Shown here piece after piece: positions 36,598 through 48,346 of a stretch of DNA of 64,000 nucleotides. Every line of letters begins with the position of its first letter. Positions within the stretch are counted from its first letter, which is position 1. The stretch is from Macrostomum lignano (taxonomy: Eukaryota): assembly GCA_002269645.1 (NCBI GenBank), contig NIVC01000632.1, positions 356,983 to 420,982 on the forward strand, in the 5' to 3' direction. The translations under genes were made by a program, and so were the position numbers. The notes under the pieces were generated by a model. The model saw nothing but the letters and a program-made list of their open reading frames with translations. It was not told where the DNA came from and ran no database searches.

Positions 36598-39500
36598 CTA
36601 CTGTGCCAGCAGGAAGTACAGACACAGCGGCAGTGCCAGGTTGTCCACCTGAGCCAGGAAGGCCTCAACCAAGGTGACGCTGAACACGGGCAGCAGATAG
36701 GCGGGCCAGCCGGCAGAGTCCAGGCCGCTGGCCGAAAGCAGGCAGCGCAGGCTGGCCAGCTGGCCGAAAAAACAGGCGGCGCTGCCCTCCAGTGTCCGGG
36801 ACATCTGCGGCCAGCGGACCCGGCCGAAACGGGAGCCAACCAGGCCGGCCAGGCTGTCCCCGACGCCAACGGACAGAATGCCGGCCCAGGCCGGGATGCT
36901 GCGGATGAAGGTTTCCAGAGGCTTGCTAAAAGCCGCCATTTCTAGGAAACAGGTCCGATCCGTTCTTTCTAAGAAACTACATTCTAGACTGGCGATCCCA
37001 GGGAATCCTGGACCCTAAATTATCACACAAATCGATATTCAATCATTCTAAATGACTCAACTGAGTCTCAAATACTCCCACTGAATCCCAAATTTTCCCA
37101 CCGAATCCTATATGATACCACTAATCCCTAATGAATCCAAAATAATCACGCTGATGCCCAAAGCACCCCACAACATCCCAACTGATCATACAGCATCCCA
37201 GATGATCATACAGCATCCCAGATGATCATACAGCATCCCAGATGATCATATGGCATCCCAGATGATCATACAGGATCCCAGATGATCATACAGCATCCCA
37301 GATGATCATACGGCATCCCAGATGATCATAAAGCATCCCAGATGATCATACAGCATCCCAGATGATCATACAGCATCCCAGATGATCATACAGGATCCCA
37401 GATGATCATACGGCATCCCAGATGATCATACAGCATCCCAGATGATCATACAGCATCTGAGATGGTCATCCCTAGTAACACACTCCGTCGCGGCAACGTC
37501 GCGTATTGGTCGCGTTAGGTCGCGAAAGTCGCGGCCTTTATTGGTGAAACTTTGACGTCGCGAAAACGTCGCGAAAATGTCGGAAATCAAAGTACCAAAA
37601 ACCGTTGGAATTTAACTTAATCAACCTGTTATACCTTTGATCAGACAGTGTATATCAACTGCAATATGTATTGCCTCTGAATTCAATAGATGGAAATAGA
37701 AAATGGCATAGCCATGTAAATGGTAGTTTAATTTTGTGTGCATGAACAAAAAATCTATATATGTTTAGTGCAATTAAAATAGTTGGAATTATTATATGTG
37801 CAGCAAAAAACTTAGATGCCCCGAATATAGTGACAAACTTAGGCTGCGCTAGTTATTTATGAAACCTTTAATTGTTTAATTTATCAGTGTCTAAGATACT
37901 GAAAAAGACTTTTTTTCAGAAGCACGTAATATAATGCACTAAATTACGTAGCGACTTATTAATATGCAAATTATTAGTTGTTTTAAAACCATATTCATTA
38001 ACTTGAGTGAATTATTAATGGGAGTTACTCTTTCGTGGCATGCGGTTGTTAAACTAACTGTTCCGTGGTCAGTAATTCAAAACCAACAGAGCGTCTCTCG
38101 GCGTGCCACTGTCACGATCAACCTGCAGTTGTCAGTGGACTCGTTGCGGACTGTGTGCTTAATAAATTGAATAGTATACTCTTAATTCCCAAGTGTTTAA
38201 TTATCAGCAGGTTGAAGCATTCATGAGAGTTCAAGCAGACAACTGAAACAATTTAGTTATGTTTGAGTTTTTGCTGTTTTGAACAATTGCTGATTGCTTT
38301 GAATGAACCAGTATTTGTGCGCTATTATTCAGCATATTTTTCTTGACCTGGAATTCAGTGTGTAACGACACACAGAATATATCCTGTAAAATATTTTACA
38401 TGTTTGACCAACACAATACCTTAAAGTGCAAGTGCAATCTTTTATGCTGGCTGCTAGGTGGCAAGTTAAAGTTTATAAGCAATTAGCATTTTAACTCAGT
38501 ATAAGGGTATTATTTATCATGTGACCTCACGTAAATTTTATCATGTAAATTTTTGCACTTTTGGCCCCACCTTTGTAGCTTGAAGTCAATCTATATATCT
38601 ATATCAATATTTATGGTATAACATTGTTAGTTGCAAATTTCATTAAATAATATTGTTTATTGTACACAAAAAATAAAATTGAATTAATGAGTAATTCACA
38701 AAACTGGGATGCCTGCCCTGCATTCAGGATTCAGTGTCATGATTCCTGATTCCTTTATTGAATGCTCAGAAGGCTGCTACTATAGAATCGTGAATGTCCT
38801 GCAGGTGGAGAATGAGTCCAGCTTGGTGTGTCGCCGATTCAAAACCAAAGAGTCATTCTTCGCATACCCTGTTGAATCAGAAAAGATGGGCATCCACCTT
38901 GTGTCGAATTTAGATTTAGTTAACCTCTACACACTACGAATTACAGAGGTGAAGAGAAAGTTCTACGGACTGCCCGTCGACAACAAGGTTGTCCTCACAC
39001 CCATGTTTTGTAAAACATCGTTGCAGATGCACTTTTTGCGTTGTGGAATTTGCGGACAAGTCAGTTGAATATGTCAGCGAGGCCTGGCTCGTAGGACGTA
39101 CCCGCTGTTACTGGCCACCGATAACTGTAGCGAGGGCCATTAAGTTAAGGTCGAAGCACGCTGCACCGAATTCAGAATAGGAGCTTCGTGACATTAAAAT
39201 TTTGTCGATGACAACCAACGAATGCTGACGACTCAACCGGGCATCATGCGGCGCAGAAGAGCTGACAACCGATGCTGAGGCAACAGCCAACAGGAAGCGC
39301 ACTCAACCGATCCGCTTCATCGATGGGCCTGCTCAGCAAAACAAAAAAAGAACAAAGACGGCAAGGATCGTGTCAGACTCAGCTCTAGAGTCATGCGATG
39401 GATATGACGATGATGCTGATCTGCCACCTCCATTGCCAAATTTTCGTGAGTACGCACATTTGAAGTTCGATCTTTGAATTGGCTAAAACAAATTTGGGTA

Positions 39501-42500
39501 AATCAAATGTTTTAAAACTGTTCATTCTTCTGCAGCCCGCATTAATGAGACGCCCGAGCAGCGAGAGGCGGACGCGAAGAGTCAGTGGGATGGTCCAGCT
39601 GTGCAGCTGTTCTGTTTGAGGCGGCGCATTTGAATTCGTGCAGGCAGGATGACGCTGCGCAGCTGACGCAGACGCCGGCTGCTGCTGCCTACCCCGCTCA
39701 ACAGTCGAACCAGACTCCCCTCTCGAATGCTTTGGGAATGACGCCGGCAAACAGGCCGCTCTCAGCTGTACGACCTCCCGCTCAACCGTCAGTTGCTGCC
39801 TCCGCTGCCGCAAGTGAACCCAGACTGGCAGTTGCGCCAGATTGTGCTGCAGGCGCGAGCACGCGTAAGTGTTCACAGATTCATTTGAAATGCTGTTGTT
39901 GTGAGAACTAAAATCATGCACGTGTACACCAATGCCATTTTTGCTAAACGTACAAGAGCACTGTAGTGTGATATCCATGATGAAAATTCCCGCCTTGATG
40001 TTTCAGCATTCGAGAAGATTGTTATGAGGGAACTGGCAGCCATCCGTCAATAACGTTGAACGGATTGAACGCACCCGCTCTCCGCGATCGCGTCACGAAA
40101 GAGCGTGGCGGCTCCGAATCTGCCTGTCAACTTGGCGTGCTCGGCAGAAGACATGGCAGAACTAGTCCAGCATCTGGAAGAAAATCCAGCGGATGCAGAA
40201 GCGCTCGTGAGTGCATCAGCGTTGCTGTTTTTCTTCAATTCTTCCGTTGCGTGTAAAATAAAAATGGCGAGTTTTAGTTTCGCAGGACGGCGAGAGAAAG
40301 CGGCGTTCAAGGACAGCATCCTGTGGACAATCGTGCGAGGTGCAACGCTACGCAGCGTCAAGGCGAAGGAGATAGAAGCCGCTGTAAAGGAGGTGCTAAA
40401 GCATGCAAAAGACCCGAATCGCGCTCGTTAGCTTCATGTTGGAGGTCCCCTGGCCGCGGGAATAATCGGCTCCCGAGCCTTGTCAGTTTGCTTCGATTTA
40501 TTCATGCAGAGTAGGCTGGAATGGAGAAACTTAGATATACCAGTTTTCAGTAATTTTTTTTAAAAACTGTGAAAAACGGTAAAACTGCGTTGTTGGCCTT
40601 TTTGGCTTAAATTATTTCAAGTGTTATATTATTTTATTATTTACTATATACTGGGCGTTTATTTGCCAATTAAATTGGCTGTTTATTCTAGGAAACTAAT
40701 TACCATACATCGCTACGTTCTACTATTCATTACCCAGTTCCCAGTTGGTATTATGTTACTTTTGTTTGCTATAGCTTATCTCCTATTGCATAAAATTGCG
40801 TACTATATTTTTCCAGCGGCTGACATATAGCTGTACAATCCTGGTGCGAGTCGACCTTCGCCAATAAAATATCAGCCAGTATCTGATATAAGAAAGTTTA
40901 TAGTAACACCGGTAGGAAACTGGTAAAACTGCCTGTTTTTTAGCATTTTGGCTTACATTATTTCAGGTATGCGTGCTCACGAGCCTGTATGTCAGTACGT
41001 GTGCATTACAAATTATCTTGGTGTGCAATTGCTGCTGTGAATTACAGCATTTAAACCTCATAAATTTTTAAACAGCATTTAACGTGGCGATCACCTCTGT
41101 GAAACTGCATTCAAATCAAGAAGTAAGAAACTAACCGCGGCCAACTGTAAACTAGTCGCGTAAAGGTCGCGTAATGGTAATAACGTGACGTCGCGAAGTG
41201 AAGTGTACGCGACGTCGCGTGGCGCGACACTTGACCCTATCCTGCGACGTAACTTTGCGACGTTTACGCGACGTTGCCGCGACGAAGTGTGTTACTAGGA
41301 ATACAGCATCCCAGATGATCATACAGCATCCCGGATGATCATACAGCATCCCGGATGATCATACAGCATCCCGGATGATCATACAGCATCCCGGATGATC
41401 ATACAGCATCCCGGATGATCATACAGCATCCCAGATGATCATACGGCATCCCGGATGATCATAAAGCATCCCAGATGATCATACAGCATCCCAGATGATC
41501 ATACAGCATCCCAGATGATCATACAGCACCCCGGATGATCATACAGCATCCCGGATGATCATACAGCATCCCGGATGATCATACAGCATCCCAGATGATC
41601 ATACGGCATCCCGGATGATCATAAAGCATCCCAGATGATCATACAGCATCCCAGATGATCATACAGCATCCCAGATGATCATACAGGATCCCAGATGATC
41701 ATACAGCATCCCAGATGATCATACAGCATCCCAGATGATCATATAGGATCCCAGATGATCATACGGCATCCCAGATGATCATACAGCATCCCAGATGATC
41801 ATACAGGATCCCAGATGATCATACAGCATCCCAGATGATCATACAGCATCCCAGATGATCATATAGGATCCCAGATGATCATACGGCATCCCAGATGATC
41901 ATACAGCATCCCAGATGATCATACAGCATCCCAGATGATCATACAGCATCCCGGATGATCATAAAGCATCCCAGATGATTATACAGCATCCCAGATGATC
42001 ATACGGCATCCCAGATGATCATACAGCATCCCAGATGATCATACAGCATCCCAGATGATCATACAGCATCCCAGATGATCATACAGCATCCCGGATGATC
42101 ATAAAGCATCCCAGATGATCATACAGCATCCCAGATGATCATACAGCATCCCAGATGGTCATACGGCATCCCAGATGATTCTAACTGATCCTACCGTATT
42201 CCAAGGCCAGTCAGTCTCACCCAGCGCCGCGGCCGCCGGCCAGTCGCAGCCAGATGGGAGCCGCCAGCCCCAGCAGCAGCGCCAGCGGCGTCAGCAGCAG
42301 CTGCGCGGAGTCCCGCGGCCCGATCAGCGGCGCCAGCAGGCTGCGAAGTCGCCGGCCGACTCCGGCGACGTCGTGACGGCGCAGGGTGTCCAAGGCCAGC
42401 AGGATGGCCAGCAGGCCGAAAGCGGCCGCCGAAAGCAGCTCCAATCGTTGGTCGCCTCCTAAAAGCAGAGCTACAGCAAAAGCCGCGGCGGCCAGGAAGT

Positions 42501-44433
42501 GGAAGAGCTTGCGCTGAGTCATCTGGCGCAGCGGCAGGCGCCCTGAGAGCCCCGCCAGCAGCAGCGAGGCTCCGAAAAGCGCCAGCCAGGCCGACACGAG
42601 CTGCCAGTCGAAAGCGGCCAAATTCGCCAGATCCAATAATTGCCTAGCAACCGTTGCTGGGCGAAACAAACGCGCCGACAAAGCATAGTAGCCAAACGAG
42701 CAGGTGTTCAGGGTGGCCACTATCAGGCCGCGATAGGTGAATCGAACCGGCTGGGCGCTGGTTGCTAGGCAGTGCCGGCAAATAGCGTCCATAGCAACTA
42801 GGCCGGAGGACAGGCAGAAACAGGCCAGGGGATAGGCGGGGAACAGGTGCCGCAGCAGCTGGGTTAGCAGCACCAGCTCCACTGGGCTGAGGCTGCCCGA
42901 CATGTGCCTGCACGGGTTGGCGGGCGATTCGGGACACTGTTGAAGTGCGGGATGCTTCATGCTTTCTCTCCAACTCTCCCATCTCTCTTCCCCTCTCCTA
43001 TCTCCCTTCCCCTCTCTTATCTCCCATCTCTCTACCCCTCTTACCTCCCATCGCTCTTCCCCTCTCTTATCTCCCATCTCTCTCCCTCTCCTATCTCCCA
43101 TCTTTCTTCCCCTCTCCTGTCTCCCATCTCTCTTCCCCTCTCCTATCTCCCATCTCTCTTCCTCTCCTATCACCCATCTCTCTTCCGCTCCTATCTCTCA
43201 TCTCTCTTCCCTTTTATCGCATCTCTCGCGCTCTCCTATCTTTTATCTCTCTCTCTCCTCCCCTATCTCCAATCTCTATTCCCCTCTCCTATCTCCCATC
43301 TCTCTTCCCCTCTCCTATCTCCCATCTCTCGCGCTCTCCTATCTTTTATCTCTCTCTCTCCTCCCCTATCTCCAATCTCTCTTCCCCTCTCCTATCTCCC
43401 ATCTCTCTTCCCCTCTCCTATCTCCCATCTCTCTTCCCCTCTCCTATCTCCCATCTCTCTTCCCCTCTCCTATCTCCCATCTCTCTTCCCCTCTCCTATC
43501 TCCCATCTCTCTTCCCCTCTCCTATCTCCCATCTCTCTTCCCCTCTCCTATCTCCCATCTCTCTTCCCCTCTCCTATCTCCCATCTCTCTTCACCTCTCC
43601 TATCTCCCATCTCTCTTCCCCTCTCCTATCTCCCATCTCTCTTCCTCTCCTATCTCCCATCTCTCTTCCCCTCTCCTATCTCCCATCTCTCTTCCCCTCT
43701 CCTATCTCCCATCTCTCTTCCCCTCTCCTATCTCCCATCTCTCTTCCTCTCCTATCTCCCACCTCCCTTCCCCTCTCCTATCTCCCATCTCTCTTCCTCT
43801 CTCCTATCTATCGTCCCCCTCTTCTCATATCTCCTATCTTTCTCCCATATTTCCCATCTTTCATTCTCTTTCCTCTCTATCTCTCGCCTTTCCCCCTCTC
43901 CTATCTTTTATCTCTCTCCTCTCTTATCTCCTATCTCTCTCTTCTACCTCCCACCTCTCCCCCTCCTCCAGCCTCTCGAACAACAGTGGCATTAAGAAGG
44001 CAATGCCCCACTCACCTGTGCAGGTACAGGCCGAAGCCGCTGCACTGAGCCAGCCGGGCAGCCTCAGCCCAGGCCGCAGCGGACGCGGCCCCGGCCGGTG
44101 CAGCAACAGCAGCCCCAAGCGCAGTCAGCCAGCAGCCGGCGCACACCAGTCGAGTCCATCGCTGCTCGCCAAACGCGGCTAGAGACAGCAGGCCGGCCGA
44201 CCACAGGCAGCTGGCGGCCAGGGGCACCCAGTCGGAGCCGAGCAGCCGATGCTCAAGCAGTGGCAGCAGGCAGGCCAGCCAAGCGCCCGAGTAGGCCGGC
44301 TTGGTGTGCAGGGCCGGGCCCACGGCCAGCCCGCGGCCAGGATGCCCGCCTCCAGCCAGCCGTCTGGCCTGAGCATCAGGGCCGACAGCAGAAACAGGCA
44401 GCCAGCGATGAACTCGCTGTGCAGGGCCACCAT
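36598..44433 (-). CDS. DOLK: Dolichol kinase, 3 exons, ~477 aa after correcting one 1-nt frameshift
   Basis: Exons 44433-44016 (frameshift at 44330-44332), 42907-42221, 36925-36598; motifs RKLFHF, PRDSAQLLLTPLALLLG..PIWL, AGILSVGVGDSLAGLVGSRFG..RWP..RTLEGS, EAFLAQVDNL.LP match DOLK/SEC59. Confidence 0.9.
37185..37465. repeat. 20-bp satellite (CATCCCAGATGATCATACAG), left part, split by the transposon
   Basis: Same unit resumes at 41301. Confidence 0.95.
38709..39010 (+). pseudogene. C-terminal remnant of an EnSpm-type transposase
   Basis: ...RIVNVL...LVCRRFKTKESFFAYPVESEKMGIHLVSNL...VKRKFYGLP..NKVVLTPM resembles the conserved tail of animal EnSpm transposases (FF.YP.ES..+GI..VS.L...P+); no catalytic core present. 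Confidence 0.65.
39028..40431 (+). pseudogene. Decayed accessory ORF2 of the transposon (DUF4806-like), probably spliced
   Basis: FCVVEFADKSVEYVSEAWL....CYWPP at the start and GRREKAAFK...EIEAAVKEVLKHAKD at the end; in-frame TAG/TGA; gtgagt/gtaagt donors. Confidence 0.6.
41301..42175. repeat. 20-bp satellite, right part
   Basis: ATACAGCATCCC(A/G)GATGATC units. Confidence 0.97.
42965..43960. repeat. 26-bp CT-rich minisatellite, DOLK intron 1
   Basis: CTCCTATCTCCCATCTCTCTTCCCCT units. Confidence 0.93.
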
Positions 44434-44564
44434 GGCTGCAGTGTAGGGTCTACCTGGCGCTTAAGGGCACAATCTGGAAATTTGGTTTGCGAGAATATTG
44501 TTGACAGTTTTTGGGGATGCACACATACTCGGGATTCTCCCACTGAGTCTCAGAAACCCCCCCC

Positions 44565-44880
44565 CCCAATCTTTCGGATTTTGCAATCGAATCTTCGGGA
44601 TTCTCCCTCCCTTAATCTTCGGGAGTCTACTTCCCTCAATCTTTGGGATTTTCCCTCCCTCAATCTTCGGGACTCCTTCCGTCAATTTTCGGGATTTCCT
44701 CTCCCTCAATCTTCAGGACTCTCCCATCAATTTTCAGGATTCTCCTTCCATCAATCTTCGGGAGTCTCTTTCTATCAATCTTCGGGATTCTCCCCTCAAT
44801 CTTTAAGATTCTCCCTCCCTCCCTCAATCTTCGGGATTCTCCCTCCAACCTTAGAGATTCTCCCTCCAATCTTAGGTACT
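44565..44880. repeat. Degenerate TCAATCTTCGGGATTCTCCC repeat upstream of DOLK
   Basis: About a dozen imperfect units. Confidence 0.8.
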
Positions 44881-45209
44881 CTTCCTTCAATATTATTTTT
44901 GAAATGATGCAAGGAAAACAATTTTGGAGTGTCAGTGGCTTAGCAGACTGAGCCAGTCTGATTATTTTTAATCAGATAAACATTACCATGCCAGTCTTTT
45001 TTTACTATAATTAATAAATAAGCACACTTTGCACCTGTTTTTCTAGCACAATGCTGTTACAACATAAACGATGAAATACTCATCGATGCATTTTGTGTCA
45101 ATATTTCTGTGACGTTTATTACAATAAAGCATTGTCCGTGATAACAATATTTTTCTGATGTCTTGGGAGTTCTTGATCGGGTACATTTGCGTGCACTGGT
45201 TAGTGCACG

Positions 45210-47125
45210 TTAGAGTGGGATGGTTGGTCTCGGTGAGTACATTGAAGTGGGGTAGTTGGTCTCGGTGAGTGTAGATTAGAGTGGGGTGGTTGGTCTCGGT
45301 GAGTGTAGATTAGAGTGGGGTGGTTGGTCTCGGTGAGTGTACCTTGAAGTGGGGTGGTTGGTCTCGGTGAGTGTACACTGGAGTGGGGTGGTTGGTCTCG
45401 GTGAGTGCAGATTAGAGTGGGGTGATTGGTCTCGGTGAGTGCAGATTAGAGTGGGGTGATTGGTCACGGTGAGTGTACATTAGAGTGGGGTGGTTGGTCT
45501 CGGTGAGTGTACACTGGAGTGGGGTGGTTGGTCTCGGTGAGTGCAGATTAGAGTGGGGTGGTTGGTCTCGGTGAGTGCAGATTAGAGTGGGGTGATTGGT
45601 CACGGTGAGTGTACATTGGAGTGGGGTGATTGGTCTCGGTGAGTGCAGATTAGAGTGGGGTGATTGGTCACGGTGAGTGTACACTGGAGTGGGGTGGTTG
45701 GTCTCGGTGAGTGTACACTGGAGTGGGGTGGTTGGTCTCGGTGAGTGCAGATTAGAGTGGGGTGATTGGTCACGGTGAGTGTACATTAGAGTGGGGTGGT
45801 TGGTCTCGGTGAGTGTACCTTGAAGTGGGGTGGTTGGTCTCTGTGAGTGCAGATTAGAGTGGGGTGGTTGGTCTCGGTGAGTGTACACTGGAGTGGGGTG
45901 GTTGGTCTCGGTGAGTGCAGATTAGAGTGGGGTGATTGGTCTCGGTGAGTGCAGATTAGAGTGGGGTGATTGGTCACGGTGAGTGTACATTAGAGTGGGG
46001 TGGTTGGTCTCGGTGAGTGTACCTTGAAGTGGGGTGGTTGGTCTCGGTGAGTGTACACTGGAGTGGGGTGGTTGGTCTCGGTGAGTGTACCTTGAAGTGG
46101 GGTGGTTGGTCTCTGTGAGTGCAGATTAGAGTGGGGTGGTTGGTCTCGGTGAGTGTACACTGGAGTGGGGTGGTTGGTCTCGGTGAGTGTACCTTGAAGT
46201 GGGGTGGACGGTCTCTGTGAGTGCAGATTAGAGTGGGGTGGTTGGTCACGGTGAGTGTACATTAGAGTGGGGTGGTTGGTCTCGGTGAGTGCAGATTAGA
46301 GTGGGGTGGTTGGTCTCGGTGAGTGTACATTAGAGTGGGGTGGTTGGTATCGGTGAGTGTACTTTGAAGTGGGGTGGTTGGTTTCGGTGAGTGTACACTG
46401 GAGTAGGGTGGTTGGTCTCGGTGAGTGTACACTGGAGTGGGGTGGTTGGTCTCGGTGAGTGTACCTTGAAGTGGGGTGAATGGTCTCTGTGAGTGCAGAT
46501 TAGAGTGGGGTGGTTGGTCACGGTGAGTGTACATTGGAGTGGGGTGGTTGGTCTCGGTGAGTGCAGATTAGAGTGGGGTGGTTGGTCTCGGTGAGTGTAC
46601 ATTAGAGTGGGGTGGTTGGTCTCGGTGAGTGTACTTTGAAGTGGGGTGGTTGGTTTCGGTGAGTGTACACTGGAGTAGGGTGGTTGGTCTCGGTGAGTGT
46701 ACACTGGAGTGGGGTGGTTGGTCTCTGTGAGTGTACCTTGAAGTGGGGTGAATGGTCTCTGTGAGTGCAGATTAGAGTGGGGTGGTTGGTCACGGTGAGT
46801 GTACATTGGAGTGGGGTGGTTGGTCTCGGTGAGTGCAGATTAGAGTGGGGTGGTTGGTCTCGGTGAGTGTACATTAGAGTGGGGTGGTTGGTCTCGGTGA
46901 GTGTACTTTGAAGTGGGGTGGTTGGTTTCGGTGAGTGTACACTGGAGTGGGGTGGTTGGTCTCGGTGAGTGTACACTGGAGTGGGGTGGTTGGTCTCGGT
47001 GAGTGTACACTGGAGTGGGGTGGTTGGTCTCGGTGAGTGTACATTAGAGTGGGTGGTTGGTCTCGGTGAGTGTACATTAGAGTGGGTGGTTGGTCACGGT
47101 GAGTGTACGTGTACATTGGAGTGGG
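45210..47125. repeat. ~1.9-kb 34-bp G-rich minisatellite between DOLK and EDEM3
   Basis: GAGTGGGGTGGTTGGTCTCGGTGAGTGTACATTA units. Confidence 0.97.
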
Positions 47126-47899
47126 GTTGTTGATTACAGCGGGTATACATTTGACGGTGATTTACCAGTTAATTATTTTAAATAGCAAATTAAAAAACAT
47201 CAATCAATTATCAAGCCATTCAACAATATGAGCTCAGAATTTTTCGGAGAGCAATTAAAACAAATTGTGTCAATATTAGTAGTAAATTAAAAAATATTCT
47301 CTGACTGATTGAGCGATGAACCAGGTGTAGGCCAGCGGTAAATTCAATAAATTTAGTTCAAAGCATGAAAACAAAAAACGCATTGCATACTACTAGGAGC
47401 CCTGCTGCACAGATAGGAGAGTGAAACTCATCGAGTGTACGAGAGCAGTGCAAATACATACGAACTAGGCATTCCATTCAAATTACAAGAATTCAAAACG
47501 CGCTCATTAAAAAAATAAGACCTCATTTCCGCGCATGACTACTACGAGTGTATACAGCTTGGGCAGTTTAAGTAGTATGATTGATTGTCAAGGCGGAATG
47601 TCTATAAATAAGAAATTAAGCTTGACAATAACCAGGCGATTTCAAGTCAGGTAAATCTAAAGTAGAACTGCGAAATTTCAACCAAGGAAACAAAAATAGA
47701 CAAAAAATCAAAGTTCAAAGAGAGAAATACGAATTGAAAAGGCCTTTACCACTACATAAGACATTGGTGCAGAAGTTTTAGGGCGGGTGTCTGCGCTGCA
47801 TCTGCTGCTGCACGGGTGGGCAAGCCATGCTCTGCAAGCTCCTTGTGACAATTTAAATACGAAAGCTTATTCGGATGTAGAAACTGATTTAGAATATTA

Positions 47900-48200
47900 G
47901 GGGGTTGGCCTGAGGCGGGTGTACATTTGAGGTGGGGGTTGGCCTGAGGCGGGTGTACATTTGAGGTAGGGGTTGGCCTGAGGTGGGTGTGCATTGGGGG
48001 TAGGGGTTGGCCTGAGGTGGGTGTACATTGGGGGTAGGGGTTGGCCTGAGGTGGGTGTGCATTGGGGGTAGGGGTTGGCCTGAGGTGGGTGTACATTGGG
48101 GGTAGGGGTTGGCCTGAGGTGGGTGTGCATTGGGGGTAGGGGTTGGCCTGAGGTGGGTGTACATTGGGGGTAGGGGTTGGCCTGCGGCGGGTGCACATTG
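47900..48200. repeat. 34-bp G-rich minisatellite 3' of EDEM3
   Basis: TAGGGGTTGGCCTGAGGTGGGTGT(A/G)CATTGGGGG units. Confidence 0.92.
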
Positions 48201-48346
48201 GGGAATTTGATCGCAATGGAGCGCATATACTAGCTTAATACAATAAATACAATAGATAACAATATGATAAATAAGAAATTCAAAAACCAAATCAATAAAG
48301 AGAGGAGAGATAGCAGGAGAGACAGAATAGCCATAGAAGACGGTCA

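Larger units (their letters stand above)
37470..41300 (+). mobile_element. Non-autonomous CMC/EnSpm (CACTA-like) DNA transposon, ~3.83 kb
   Basis: ~36-bp TIRs CCCTAGTAACACACT(C/T)CGTCGCGGCAACGTCGCGTA (terminal base differs on the right); 2-bp TSD AT (37468-9, 41301-2); clustered subterminal GTCGCG/CGCGAC repeats at both ends; internal transposase and ORF2 remnants. Confidence 0.88.

Noticed and set aside
42904-44182. 363-407 aa S/P/L-rich ORFs
   Set aside because: Translations of the 26-bp CT minisatellite in DOLK intron 1
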